Shown piece by piece: positions 10,001 to 19,894 of a DNA stretch of 64,000 nt. Numbering within the stretch: the stretch's first letter is position 1; every line of letters begins with the position of its first letter. Source of the stretch: a virus. Taxonomy: Duplodnaviria > Caudoviricetes. The position numbers and the translations under genes were made by a program. The notes beneath the pieces were generated by a model, which was not told the origin of the DNA, did not search any database, and saw only the letters and a program-made list of their open reading frames with translations. The DNA lies in IMG/VR virus record IMGVR_UViG_2833436851_000001, positions 21,726-85,725 of that record; one strand, 5' to 3'.

Positions 10001-10926
10001 TCGGCATAACTTTTGGCCGAATTCAAAGCCGCATCGGCCTTACTTTGGGCGGTAGCGGCAGCACTGTTAACGGCTTCGCTTTTTTTGGTATCGGCATAGC
10101 TTTTGGCACTACCCAATGCGGCGTCCGCTTTATTCTGGGCAGTAGCAGCAGCGGCGTTAAGCGTTTCAGTCTTGGCTTGCTGGATGGCATTGGTCCAGTT
10201 CAGGCTGACACCCGCACCGAACGTGATTTTGCCGGTTGCAGCATCATAGCGGACAAACTGGTCGCCATAACCGAGCTGGACGTTGCCGCCGTTATCCAAA
10301 AGAAAGGTTTTGTATCCGTTCTTGAACCCGCAGATCCCGTCGATGGTTTCGGTGGTAATACTGCCCGAAGCGGTTTTCGTACTGAGGGCAAAACGGCCGA
10401 TGGCAGTACCCGTAATGGTTCCGTCTGTGTTCTTCACACCGGCAAAGAGTTTCGGCGTGATGACGGTATGGCTGTCGATGAGCGTTTTCCCCGTATTCCA
10501 TTCTCGTACCCAGTCCAGCAGGTTGGCATCGGCACCTGCTGGACCCGGCGTACCGGCTTTCGCTTTCGACCAGACGAACGACAGGCGGTAAACCGTCCCC
10601 GCAATGGTAATGGGAATATCCAAAGAACCGTGGTCGGCAAGGATTGTTGTTCCGGAAGCAACCGTATAGGTTACGGTCTTCCGGCTGTTGTCCACTGTTA
10701 TGGAGGAAAAACCCGTCGGCTTGATAATCGCTCCGATGGTAAAGTCCTTGTATTCCGAATCACCCAATACGACCTTGATGGTCGAGGTCAGGGTAACGGC
10801 AGAAAGTAGCTTCCCCGAATGGTCTGCGGGGAAGACATATTCCCCGAGCGATTGGCTGATTGTGTAGGAATCTTTCTGTATGTAAAGCGTGGTTTGCCCA
10901 CGGGCGATAAGTTGTCGGCTGCTCAT
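7087..10926 (-). CDS. Tail fibre / receptor-binding protein with internal repeats
   Basis: Start MSSRQL at 10926; Ala/Thr/Gly-rich, AKSYADTKK coiled-coil repeats, duplicated INGLTCxFVRGxIGGWTIG and ITNGxxWKLNNDGS modules. Confidence 0.75.
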   Translation of the reverse strand: MSSRQLIARGQTTLYIQKDSYTISQSLGEYVFPADHSGKLLSAVTLTSTIKVVLGDSEYKDFTIGAIIKPTGFSSITVDNSRKTVTYTVASGTTILADHGSLDIPITIAGTVYRLSFVWSKAKAGTPGPAGADANLLDWVREWNTGKTLIDSHTVITPKLFAGVKNTDGTITGTAIGRFALSTKTASGSITTETIDGICGFKNGYKTFLLDNGGNVQLGYGDQFVRYDAATGKITFGAGVSLNWTNAIQQAKTETLNAAAATAQNKADAALGSAKSYADTKKSEAVNSAAATAQSKADAALNSAKSYADTKKNEAITQAGKDADSKISALTTTLNASIADAKKAGTDARAVADAITSKANTEGWSNKLTYIDANGIFTGKLSANTVSAININASQITAGTIATARLNAAEIRSNIINAAYINGLTCAFVRGTIGGWTIGATTLSNSHILLDSGNKRVVVYGASSGATSGKRVQLYYNSDTDFGFYATDAAGTCLARFGSANQIAGWNIDANRIYKNSIALGADGSITNGSKWKLNNDGSGSIASGNISWNAAGAVTFSAAVSLNWTNAANSALASAKTYADTKKTEAVNAAAADATSKSDAAKELARAMAFGKMLYRDPTFRNGNNSANVYNNAGNGTVTITRTGASAPNDSGYVLEIKTTGSASPGFGGFTFYTQTGYKKIFIVRIIAKIPAGRKIAWATNNIGTGGSSKWLTPTAGTGDWCEYIYKVVCGTASFSSTNFFYLTGGAAATAEAPVTWQVAYATVFDVTSSERYTTTIDANGIYTGTLTATQVNAIAIDAGSIRTGTLSADRIAAGSINSSKLDATSIKANIINTDYINGLTCTFVRGKIGGWTIGADNITAGSVGAVGAMPIQIRSAASGSGYWYSGAYKPLGIVMTWRQSSNAGHVVFGQIAASGSTVKTGFLGIQMMTWDNVEYFCLSANYTKSGAKEIYNRIAGWAFDNSRIWKNNVSLGADGSITNGTRWKLNNDGSASFGSGRSLFNTDGSGQVANGKFKWDAAGNIIAQGGKFKDVTIQGTIRSAFVQNDPSIWIVVGGGTTSDVQTDPVHYDNVVCTQSGGWNENINLQWTLENSGRRICLVNYKWGSTVSTGVMSITAPSGKYFYEDGISKTTLKFSREVIEMIGYGDDKTFFGWIILNRRDLMTTSRYGKFQQILVTGIVTGTTSSASIRYFCFDGSKSVSVSRLGKGMYRVYLPSSWGLSSRYLVMATGIYSTAENTPIYPTVKAIYSYYFDIYTQDDASRNDGSFNFQVISTADWDL

Positions 10927-11046
10927 ACGTTTTGTTTGTATAAGAATAGCCGTATGTGTGGGCAATGAGTTTATAGAAAAGAACGGCAAAAACAAAAGAA
11001 GCATGATCCTCTGACCATGCTTCTTTTTCGATGTTGTCGAACAGGC

Positions 11047-11220
11047 TTACTTCGAAGCCTCAATCGAAACCTTACGGAATTCTTTCAGTGCTTTCTCCAG
11101 TTCCAACGATGCTTTGCGGGCACGTGTACCGGCAGCTTTGTTGCCGGCTTCGATCTGAGCCTTGGCATCTTTCGAGAAGGACTCCATCAGTCCGTTGATT
11201 TTTTCTACAAGTTCTTTCAT
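11047..11220 (-). CDS. Hc1-family histone H1-like small basic protein
   Basis: MKELVEKI...GNKAAGTRARKASLELEKALKEFRKVS resembles the Hc1 family. Confidence 0.75.
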   Translation of the reverse strand: MKELVEKINGLMESFSKDAKAQIEAGNKAAGTRARKASLELEKALKEFRKVSIEASK

Positions 11221-11286
11221 ATCAATGTTTTTTATTTTCAAGGGAAAAGATAGAAATTTTTAGGGATTTCACATGTAACGCGGTTC

Positions 11287-13542
11287 CTATTTGAATACTT
11301 CGCAGTTGAATACCGCCTTGCGCCATACATCCTCTCCGGTAATCCGCAGCGTGCGTCCCCGATGTTCCTCCGCATTCCAAAGGGCATCGCTCTCGGCATC
11401 GTCGCTCATACGGCTCCAGAGAAACTGTTCATCGGGAATCCGGTCTGTAATCTCTGTTCCCGCTTTGTAAAGGCGGGCGCGGAGTGTCGTCTCGACCATG
11501 TGGTTGCGGAAAACGGTACCCGAATCGGACTCCACATGCAGAGAATAGCTGTCACTGCCGTCGTATTGTTTGGAGACGGTATGGGTGGCATGATACGACG
11601 CGCCGGAGGAGCGAACGACGAAGCGGAGTGTCAGCACGTTCCGACCTTCCCAGCCGGGAAAGTCCGGCGTGAGCGTGTAAACGGACGAGTTTCCTCCGGT
11701 GTCTTTCCACCCGCCGTCCGCAGCAAGGTATTCCCAACGGCAGGAATCCGCTGTCAGATTCTGCGCCGTGCCCGTCAGGAGGATTTCCGCCGGGTCGCAG
11801 AGATTGTCTGAAACGGCATCGGGATAATGAAACACCGTACCGCCCTCGATAGTGACGAAACGGGGTCTCATCTGTTCCTGCATTTCCTCGTCCAAATCCT
11901 CCCAGCGGATGGTGACATCCTGCAAGATGATGGAATCTTTGTTCCAGCGGAAACGGCCGCCGGAGAAGTATCCGCTGCCGTCGGGGTTGATGACGAACGA
12001 ATCGTTGCCGGCACGGATGGAACCGTCCGGCTCCAACCGCAGCAGAGGGTGCTGGATCGTGCCGCCCACACCGCCCCGGCAGAACCATGCCCCGTATTCG
12101 TCGGTCTCGTTCAGAGTGTCGTCCGTGGGCTGGTACAGTGTCGGCACGTTCCCTTTTTCGAATTGCGGGGAACTGAAAAACCAGACCACCCGGTTCTCGG
12201 TGCGAAAATCGATGCAAAGGTCGTTGCCGGGGACAGGTTCGATGTCGAAAGCCACATGTACCCGTTGCCAGGATTGGGGCATTATAAGGCTGGCAAGCAC
12301 CTTTCCCCCGTGAAGAATATCGAACGAGGTCTCTTGCTTGGACGGGCAATAACACCAGAACGAAAGGCAGTAACGCTCGCCTGCGTGTTTCTCCGCCCAT
12401 GCTTCTTTCTGGCATAGCAAGGTCCCGCCGCTAACGGGAAGCAGGATGTTTTTGCCGATACCGCTCGGAGAGTGGGACGAAAGGCGGACGACCGTCGTGG
12501 TGAAATTACCGTTCAGAGAATCGAGGATACAGTTCTTGTGAATGCGTCCGGCGTAGAAGGTGCTGCCGAATCCTCCCTCGTCACCGGCGGTCAGCGTTCC
12601 GGCCACATGAACGTCCCGCGTGGCGTAGAGACGCTGGAAGTAAGCCCCGTAGCCTTGCAGCATGCCGAACAGCGGGTCTGCGATTCCCGTGATGCGGCCG
12701 ATACGGATTTTGGCGGCTTCGGAAAAAGAGGAAAGGTGTTCTGACAGGCAGACATTGAGGTCGCCGACCTCGCACCAGTCGCCCGGATTAAGATGTTTGG
12801 AAAGGCCGAAAGCCAGTACACGGGCATATTCCGCAGGAAAGTCCACCGTAATCAGGCTCAACCCGTATTGCCACTCGGTCGTAACGTCCACGGTGTCCTG
12901 TCCGTCCGTCTCTGTACCGTCAGCATACCCGAAGCGCAGCGGCACGGCGGACAACTCTTTGGAGGCACGGATACGGAAGGAAATCACCAGACGCTGGGGA
13001 TGGGAAACGGACCGGGGAAACGGAATCTGCAAACCGCCTGAAACTGCCGCCTGATCGGCAGAACGGGTAATTCGGATAATCCGGCTGGCCGGACCTTCCG
13101 AGGGAAGATAACGATAGCTCCATGTCGCATTGTCACTGCAACCGAATGTGGCAAGCGATGCCGGACGGTACAAGGAACGTTCCGTCCCCATGCCGTCGAT
13201 GACATCCATGTACGGAGCTTCTTCGTCCGAGGCGGTCAGGTACATGGCACCGCTGCGCCGTTCATCGGTCAGGCTCGTGAGGCGGACGAAGTCCAGCAGC
13301 TCCCCGTCACGGGGCTCGTCGCCCTCGATGAGCGCACCAATGAAATACGGCGACGACGCCTCCTTCCCGTCAGGCAGCAACACGGAGTCCTCGCCGGTGG
13401 TCAGCACGACCATCAGGCTGTAAAAGGTCTGTGCGCCGTCTACGTACTGGCGGCGCACGACGTCTCCGGTGTGCAATCCCTGCCGTTTCTTGGAACCGGG
13501 GTCGATACGTATCTTGAATCGGGAATATTCGTATAGGGCCAT
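11287..13542 (-). CDS. Tail-associated protein with carbohydrate-binding-like modules
   Basis: Start MALYEYS at 13542; long ORF between tail genes; PQFEKGNVPTLYQP-type motif. Confidence 0.6.
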   Translation of the reverse strand: MALYEYSRFKIRIDPGSKKRQGLHTGDVVRRQYVDGAQTFYSLMVVLTTGEDSVLLPDGKEASSPYFIGALIEGDEPRDGELLDFVRLTSLTDERRSGAMYLTASDEEAPYMDVIDGMGTERSLYRPASLATFGCSDNATWSYRYLPSEGPASRIIRITRSADQAAVSGGLQIPFPRSVSHPQRLVISFRIRASKELSAVPLRFGYADGTETDGQDTVDVTTEWQYGLSLITVDFPAEYARVLAFGLSKHLNPGDWCEVGDLNVCLSEHLSSFSEAAKIRIGRITGIADPLFGMLQGYGAYFQRLYATRDVHVAGTLTAGDEGGFGSTFYAGRIHKNCILDSLNGNFTTTVVRLSSHSPSGIGKNILLPVSGGTLLCQKEAWAEKHAGERYCLSFWCYCPSKQETSFDILHGGKVLASLIMPQSWQRVHVAFDIEPVPGNDLCIDFRTENRVVWFFSSPQFEKGNVPTLYQPTDDTLNETDEYGAWFCRGGVGGTIQHPLLRLEPDGSIRAGNDSFVINPDGSGYFSGGRFRWNKDSIILQDVTIRWEDLDEEMQEQMRPRFVTIEGGTVFHYPDAVSDNLCDPAEILLTGTAQNLTADSCRWEYLAADGGWKDTGGNSSVYTLTPDFPGWEGRNVLTLRFVVRSSGASYHATHTVSKQYDGSDSYSLHVESDSGTVFRNHMVETTLRARLYKAGTEITDRIPDEQFLWSRMSDDAESDALWNAEEHRGRTLRITGEDVWRKAVFNCEVFK

Positions 13543-13550
13543 AGTCGGAT

Positions 13551-15233
13551 TTACAGTTTCTCGACACTGTCCCCCGAACAGGTATCGGTAACCCACAAGG
13601 CTCCGTTGGTCGCCGAGGAACGCTGCACCTCCAATTCGTAAAGCCGCATCCGTTTCCGGACGGTCAGTTCGTCGAAGGTCGCCGAGATGCTTCCCGTCGT
13701 TCGGCTGCGCAGGATCGCCCAACCGGTGCCGGCCATTCCGGAGGTGAATCGCTCCGAGGAGAGACTGCCGTCGAAGTAGGCGTTACCGCTGTGACGGATG
13801 CCGTCCTTGATCTGTCTGAGACAAATGTCGTCGGTAAAGAATAGTCCCTCCGCCGTAAGACGGGTGAAGCTCCCGTCGATGCCGATGTGTCCCGTGACCT
13901 CGACGGGATTCAGGGCGACGATAAAGTCCCCGAATGTACCGATGCGCAAGGAGTTCGAAGTACGGTTTAGCGGAGCGTAACGGCTGGTGGAGGGTGAATG
14001 AAACAATAGCGTCGCAACCTGTTCGTATTGACCGCCGGGAGTCAGGGTGTGGTCGCTGCGGGAAACGAAAGCCAGCATGTCGTCTTCTCCGGTCAGATAA
14101 CAGCCGCCCGTGCTCCCGAAACGCAGTCGCTTATGGATGACGATGCCCTCGTCTTCGCTGTCGGTGCGGTACGAAGAGAGCAAATCCCCGCCGTAATTGT
14201 GCCGTACCCGGATGGAGTCGGGAAAGTACGCCGCCCCGTATGGGGAGAGCAAAACGTGCTCGCCGTCGATGTCCGTGAGGTTCGACATCAACCGGATTTT
14301 AACCGTGCGGTCGCCGCCCACGAGCAGGTCGCCATCGGCACCCTCCAACCGGATGTCGCTCGCACCGAAACCTTTGAGTACGGTAATTCCGCTGATTCGC
14401 ACACCACATCCGGCTGAAAAGGTCAGGTCGCTCAAACAGGATACGGTCTCCCCGAGAACAGAAAAGAGCAACCGGCCGCCGTCGCCCAACTCCACGCCAT
14501 GCAAGGCTCGCAGCTTTCCGGAGAGTGTCGCCGCTCCCGAGACTTCGAGAGAACCGGCTACGGTAGCGTTGTGCATCGACCAATCCACAGTGGGAAGGTT
14601 GGCATTACCGCCGTGATAGACTTCCCGCCCATGAATGAGCAGGCTGTCCGAAGTCAGGAGCACTCCGTTTTCTTTGGACTCGCCCAGCAGGATACTTCCG
14701 GTCAGGGAAAGGTGGGCATCGGCGAAATCGACCCGGTTCCCGCTTAGGTATATCGTACCGGTAGCCTGTTCGCAACGGAGCGGCTGCATACCGCCCACAA
14801 AGAGTTGATTGCCGCCGACGTGTACGTCGCCTGTCAGGCGGATACCATAGGTGTAACCGATGATATTTCCCTCGTCATCGCTTTGAGAGGTGCGGTACGT
14901 TTCCAGCAGACGACGGTTGTCGATGCCGGCGGTAAAGCCGTAATCGGCACATAACGGTCCCTGCATGTCGCCGCCGCTTTTGGGCAGATAGCCTGCCCAG
15001 CTACCCGTACCGCCGCCCTCTCCGGAAACACCGGACGAAATCGCCTCGGCAAACCCGTAAGCCGTGTTGTGCAGACGGATGGACGTGTCGTCACCCTCTT
15101 CTACACCATAAGGATTGTTCTCGCTCTTGCGCTCCTGGGCGTTGAAGAAAGTCTGGTATAACTGGCGGTAGATACTGTAACACAGGCTCTGCGGATCCAA
15201 ACCGCCGATGCCAGGATGAAGGGTGACGCTCAT
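13551..15233 (-). CDS. Tail/baseplate-associated structural protein
   Basis: 560 aa Gly-rich beta-strand protein; YLPKSGGDMQG and DELTVRKRM motifs; overlaps the spike stop. Confidence 0.6.
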   Translation of the reverse strand: MSVTLHPGIGGLDPQSLCYSIYRQLYQTFFNAQERKSENNPYGVEEGDDTSIRLHNTAYGFAEAISSGVSGEGGGTGSWAGYLPKSGGDMQGPLCADYGFTAGIDNRRLLETYRTSQSDDEGNIIGYTYGIRLTGDVHVGGNQLFVGGMQPLRCEQATGTIYLSGNRVDFADAHLSLTGSILLGESKENGVLLTSDSLLIHGREVYHGGNANLPTVDWSMHNATVAGSLEVSGAATLSGKLRALHGVELGDGGRLLFSVLGETVSCLSDLTFSAGCGVRISGITVLKGFGASDIRLEGADGDLLVGGDRTVKIRLMSNLTDIDGEHVLLSPYGAAYFPDSIRVRHNYGGDLLSSYRTDSEDEGIVIHKRLRFGSTGGCYLTGEDDMLAFVSRSDHTLTPGGQYEQVATLLFHSPSTSRYAPLNRTSNSLRIGTFGDFIVALNPVEVTGHIGIDGSFTRLTAEGLFFTDDICLRQIKDGIRHSGNAYFDGSLSSERFTSGMAGTGWAILRSRTTGSISATFDELTVRKRMRLYELEVQRSSATNGALWVTDTCSGDSVEKL

Positions 15234-16123
15234 TTGGTATAGGAGGTTTTGGATAGGAACTTCTGAATCTTGGAGGTCAGCGAGAGGAAGTTGGGGAAGT
15301 TCAGCGGCTGCATGGTCCCCATCAGCGTAGGCGTCATGATCTTGCTACACTCCGTCAGGAAGTCCAGCATAAGCTGCGCCAGCTCGTTCCCCAAAACAAG
15401 CGGTTCGGTGGCGTTCTCGTCGCCGAGCGTCACTTTGTTATCCGCTACGGCAACTGTCGTGGAATTTACTTTCTGCACGATTTTGTCGGCGGTCTGTTTG
15501 ACTTCCGACTTATCGACGGTCTGCGTGATCTCTTCCGCACCCTGCACGACCGACGACTCTTTGCCGCTGTCGTTCTTGACCGTTGCCGTGATACCTTCGG
15601 CCGTGTAGCTGGTATGGGCTTCGTTTCCGGTCGGTTCCAGTTCGTCGTAGTCGGGCGAAGAGTCGTTGTCGGGGTCGAGAGCCTCGGTTTCCGTCATGCC
15701 GATGCTGACCTCGGAATGCGCCTCCATGCGGATGGTCTCGGCATGGGAGTAATTGACGATATAGGCATGGCGGGTGGCGGCGTCCAGTACGATGGTTACC
15801 TCCGAAAAAAGGGTCGGCACGATGAGAAAACCACCCTCGTTGTTCCGGGCGGCAGCCAGCAACACGCCTTTGTGGATGATACCGCCTGCCGAGGCGGTTT
15901 CGTCGGGATATTCGCCCACGTCCACCGTGCCGCCGTAGTCGGCAAACTCTTCATCGCCGGGGTCGTCATGTATCTTGGCGACATAGCCGTGAATCATGCG
16001 GGCCGTACCCACACCGCCCATGCCGCCCGGAGCCATCTCGATACGCTCGATACTGCGCCCCAATGCGATTTTGCGGATCGCCTCCTGTATCATCCGCCGG
16101 TTGTTGTCCTGTGAATTCTTCAT
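15230..16123 (-). CDS. Baseplate spike (gpV-like) protein
   Basis: OB-like N-terminus, beta-repeat middle, EPLVLGNEL C-terminal motif; follows the hub gene. Confidence 0.6.
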   Translation of the reverse strand: MKNSQDNNRRMIQEAIRKIALGRSIERIEMAPGGMGGVGTARMIHGYVAKIHDDPGDEEFADYGGTVDVGEYPDETASAGGIIHKGVLLAAARNNEGGFLIVPTLFSEVTIVLDAATRHAYIVNYSHAETIRMEAHSEVSIGMTETEALDPDNDSSPDYDELEPTGNEAHTSYTAEGITATVKNDSGKESSVVQGAEEITQTVDKSEVKQTADKIVQKVNSTTVAVADNKVTLGDENATEPLVLGNELAQLMLDFLTECSKIMTPTLMGTMQPLNFPNFLSLTSKIQKFLSKTSYTK

Positions 16124-16211
16124 ATTCAAAGAATAGATAAATTCGACAATAGACAGTTGGATGAAGGCTTTTTACTATCTTTGAATACTTATAAATGAAA
16201 CTTTATAAAAA

Positions 16212-17531
16212 ATGAATATACAAGAGAAATTATTATCGTTAGGAGTATCTGAAAAAGAGATAGCATCTATTTTGCGGGGAGCTTACAATACTTCATTCTT
16301 CCATATTTACACAGCAGGAGATTTCAACACCGATTTAAGCCTAATAAGCCAAGAAGATCGAGGGACTTTCATTCATGAATACATCCACTATTGGCAAAAC
16401 ATAGGTACTTTATGGGGATTATCTTCCAGTATTTTACGCTATGAAATGATGTTAAAACTGAAAGAGGAAATAGCCGTTCTGGATGAAGTCAAGTTACCGT
16501 ATTCCATTTCTCCGACAGACCGAATGAAGCATCTTGACAGTATGTTCAGAGTTGGAAATGGATTTTTCAATGACCGTCAATTTTATGGATTTAAAATAGA
16601 CCAAACTAAACGAATCGAGATTAGAACAGGTGTGAAAAATGTCGAAGTGAAAAACATGCCTGTAATATCATTGATTATAACATTTGAGAACAAGGTTACG
16701 GATACTTTAGAACTGGGAGCACACATCATCAAGGAAAGTATGGCAGCATTGTATCAAAGTTTAGTTGACCCTGATGCTACGCATGATGATGTACCGTATA
16801 ATGTTGTGAAAATATTATGCAAATACAACTATCCTTCATTATGCCACAATACCAAACTTCTTATCTGTTGTTGCCATGCAGCTCTTTTCAGTATGACTCC
16901 AGGTGAGACTTTAATTATGTTATTGGCAAAAGCTGAAAAAGAAAAGATTACCGATGGTATGCAACTATTTTCTGACTATATCAATCAGTCTACAATTACA
17001 ACACCACAAAAGAAAAACATTCCTATTCCCGATTTTTTCGATGAAAAGGTCAATGACTTTTTGGAAATGTTGGACCGGAACCTGATAGCTCCGTTAGATT
17101 ATATTAAGACGGTTCTGGAGCGAGTGCGTTTATCCAATAAGATGCTTCCTCTATTGACAGTTCTATATGAAGAAAAAACAGATTGCATTTCGATAGAAAA
17201 CTTAAATGCTATTATTAGTTGGTTAGGCATCCCTTATATTCAAACTCATAGTTGTGGGCATCATAACCCTGCAACAGCAACAAAACGTGCTGAAGATATA
17301 GTTGAAGGCGATGATTCGATGGATGTTCTTGAATTGATCGCTTTGGAGGCAATGTATAAATTTTTATTAGGTAATTCATCCTTTCGATGTTGTCCACTCT
17401 ATGGTATGATGTGTAGTGAATCACCCATAGCGAAATCCGAATGTTTCGATACCCCGTGGTTGGGAACTCCTTGTGCATTCACGGTCGTAAGTTTACCGCT
17501 GGAATTGGATAAGAAAAATGTTCATTGGTAA
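16212..17531 (+). CDS. AT-rich cargo protein with HExxH zinc-metallopeptidase motif
   Basis: TFIHEYIHYWQ; C-terminal Cys cluster; TATCTTTG promoter element at 16176-16183; antisense to the late operon. Confidence 0.7.
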   Translation: MNIQEKLLSLGVSEKEIASILRGAYNTSFFHIYTAGDFNTDLSLISQEDRGTFIHEYIHYWQNIGTLWGLSSSILRYEMMLKLKEEIAVLDEVKLPYSISPTDRMKHLDSMFRVGNGFFNDRQFYGFKIDQTKRIEIRTGVKNVEVKNMPVISLIITFENKVTDTLELGAHIIKESMAALYQSLVDPDATHDDVPYNVVKILCKYNYPSLCHNTKLLICCCHAALFSMTPGETLIMLLAKAEKEKITDGMQLFSDYINQSTITTPQKKNIPIPDFFDEKVNDFLEMLDRNLIAPLDYIKTVLERVRLSNKMLPLLTVLYEEKTDCISIENLNAIISWLGIPYIQTHSCGHHNPATATKRAEDIVEGDDSMDVLELIALEAMYKFLLGNSSFRCCPLYGMMCSESPIAKSECFDTPWLGTPCAFTVVSLPLELDKKNVHW

Positions 17532-17539
17532 AATCATCT

Positions 17540-18892
17540 TTAAGAGTTGTTTCCATACGTCGTTTTTGTTCCTTTGATTTTATGCGGTATCGTGATTTTC
17601 TGTCGGTAGCCTCCCGTCCCGAAGGTGGTCGTGACCTCCTCGACGATGTAAGTGCCGTTCTTGGCCGGGTTCCGGTCATCGGTAAGCTCCACCTGGCAAG
17701 CCGGATATAACCCGAAATCCCCGAAGAGCGTCACCGAACCACTGATACCGTTCAGGTTGTAGCTGCGGAAGTATTCGATGGCCTCCTCGACGAGCTTGTC
17801 GGAGTTGATTTTCATGTTCGGCGACATGTAGGGCACGATGGTGTAGGTTGAGAGGTCGGCTTTCGTGCGGGTCTGTGCGCCACTGGCCGTGGTGTTACCC
17901 GTCACTTTGTGCGTCTTTTTGCTGATTTGCGTGGCGTTCACGGTCTGAAACTCTTTGCTGCCGGGGGTATCCGGGTCGTAATCGGGGTTCAGGCGCACCG
18001 TCACCTCGAAGAATTTCTCATCCGAGCCCAATGCCTTGGCCTGCACGGCAAGGAATTTCGGATCTGTTTTGAGCACTTTCAAATCCGACGATGCCACGTG
18101 CGTGTCGAAGCGTATGCGGAAAGGGCCGGACGAAGTGTCTTCCGGAAACCGGGGCTGGCTCTTGGCCGATGAATACGGGCGGCCGATGGCGATGGCAGGC
18201 ATCTGGTCGGGACTGTTCTCGTCGTATTTCAGAAAGCAGTAAATGCGATAGCGGCTCCACGCCGAGAGAATATCGGCCACGGTGAAGTTGTCGGTGATTT
18301 TGATTTTCCCGATCTGGATGTCGAACCGTTTGGTCTCGGAGTGCAGTTTGAACCCGGTATCTTTCAGAAGGTTGTACTTGCCCTCCATCACATCGTTCAC
18401 GCTCGTACCCGATGCCGACGTCTCGAACTTGGGCGCCTGTTTCAGCTTGAGCTTGTAGGCCATATTTTCGCATTTCAGCTCGAAACTGCTCTCGGTGTTA
18501 TAGCCGGTGATGTACCCGTCGAACATCGTGCGCAACATCCCGTTATACCCCAAGCGGATACGCACCCGTTGCCCGATTTTGAAGGTCGTGGCGTCCATCG
18601 CCGAGTAACTGGAACGTTTCTCGATGACCACGCCGTCCTGCATGACCTCGGTGGTTATCCGGCTGGCATCTTTGCCTTCGAGGGTAGCCGTGCCGACAAT
18701 GGTGGAACGGAAAACGGTCCCTTTGGGAAAGCGGATGGTCGCCGTGCCGATGAGTTTCTTGTAGGTCTCGACGATTTCGACCTCCTGCACCTCTGTGAGT
18801 GTGACAGGGTTCTGTATCGCCATTGGGTTCCCCGGGTCAGGATCGCCGATGGTAATCCGGCAGCATAGTACGTCAAGCGGTGCTACAGCCAT
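17540..18892 (-). CDS. Baseplate hub (gpD-like) protein
   Basis: GQRVRIRLGY...FDGYI N-terminal motif; SGSVTLFG and GTYIVEEVTTTFG C-terminal motifs. Confidence 0.7.
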   Translation of the reverse strand: MAVAPLDVLCCRITIGDPDPGNPMAIQNPVTLTEVQEVEIVETYKKLIGTATIRFPKGTVFRSTIVGTATLEGKDASRITTEVMQDGVVIEKRSSYSAMDATTFKIGQRVRIRLGYNGMLRTMFDGYITGYNTESSFELKCENMAYKLKLKQAPKFETSASGTSVNDVMEGKYNLLKDTGFKLHSETKRFDIQIGKIKITDNFTVADILSAWSRYRIYCFLKYDENSPDQMPAIAIGRPYSSAKSQPRFPEDTSSGPFRIRFDTHVASSDLKVLKTDPKFLAVQAKALGSDEKFFEVTVRLNPDYDPDTPGSKEFQTVNATQISKKTHKVTGNTTASGAQTRTKADLSTYTIVPYMSPNMKINSDKLVEEAIEYFRSYNLNGISGSVTLFGDFGLYPACQVELTDDRNPAKNGTYIVEEVTTTFGTGGYRQKITIPHKIKGTKTTYGNNS

Positions 18893-19875
18893 AGGTTGTT
18901 CAGTTTTAGTATGGAGGTCGGGTCGATGACATCAGTGCCGAACCGTACCCACTTGATCCATTTGTTCGTATGTTCGATGGCTTCATCTACCACCTCCGCA
19001 TCTTTGGAAATCAGCTCTACCGCCTCGGACGGCTCGACAGCCACACAATGTAAGGTATAGGGCTGAACGTTCCTGTACTCGGCAGCCGGAAGCGAGTAGC
19101 CCAGAATGATAAGCTGCGAGATTTTCAACTGCCGCAGGATGGTGTTGTCACAGTCTATGACACCTTTGTACTGGACGATTTTCAGGAATTTCGACAGCTC
19201 GGCTTCCGGGTACACGTCGGGATATTTGCTGGTTATCCGACCGTTTACGGTAAATTCCAAATCGCCGCCCGAAATGAACTCCTTGCGGGTGTAGTCGCGG
19301 CCCTGCACCGTGGTCAGCACGATGTTGTTTTTCGAGGAGAGCTGTACCTGCGGACCCAAATCGACGAAAGTGATCAGCCCGTATTTGCTGTTGGGCTCCA
19401 CCTTGCCGCTTTCCTTGTCGTAGTAGGTTCCCTCACCGCTGATTTTCAATTCGATGTAGTCTGCCACCGTGCGGCCCACGATGCTGTCGGTGTAGTTCTT
19501 CTTTTCGGCGACAGCCTGCTGCTCCTTGATGAGTTGGTAGTATTGTCCCGACTTGTTGACGATGGCACTCTGCGACTGGGTTTCGAGGTATTTGTCCCGC
19601 TCTTTCTGTTCCCAGTATTTGATATATCGGGGATAAGAGCGGAGCATACCGTAGGCCGTCTGGCAGGCAAACTGGATGACGGCACGTTTCAGGATGTCGC
19701 TGTTCTTGGAGAAGTAATGCACGGCACCGTCCTGAAACTCCGCGAGTCCCAGACCGATGGCGCGACGGGCGGCATCGCTGATGTAGCCGCCCAGTCCGCC
19801 GTGCGAAAGGATACCCCCGCTCAGAAGCGTCGAGGCACCGATATTGAGCAATCTGCTGCCGAATAGGTTCTTCAT
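18883..19875 (-). CDS. Tail tube initiator-like protein (DUF6046-like)
   Basis: NNIVLTTVQGRDYTRKEFISGGD motif; directly after tape measure. Confidence 0.55.
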   Translation of the reverse strand: MKNLFGSRLLNIGASTLLSGGILSHGGLGGYISDAARRAIGLGLAEFQDGAVHYFSKNSDILKRAVIQFACQTAYGMLRSYPRYIKYWEQKERDKYLETQSQSAIVNKSGQYYQLIKEQQAVAEKKNYTDSIVGRTVADYIELKISGEGTYYDKESGKVEPNSKYGLITFVDLGPQVQLSSKNNIVLTTVQGRDYTRKEFISGGDLEFTVNGRITSKYPDVYPEAELSKFLKIVQYKGVIDCDNTILRQLKISQLIILGYSLPAAEYRNVQPYTLHCVAVEPSEAVELISKDAEVVDEAIEHTNKWIKWVRFGTDVIDPTSILKLNNLWL

Positions 19876-19894
19876 GTTGTTGTTTTTTCGTTAA

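Noticed and set aside
13837-13844. Additional AAGAATAG copy
   Set aside because: Inside a CDS, about 300 nt from the next start, with no clear second box; probably chance
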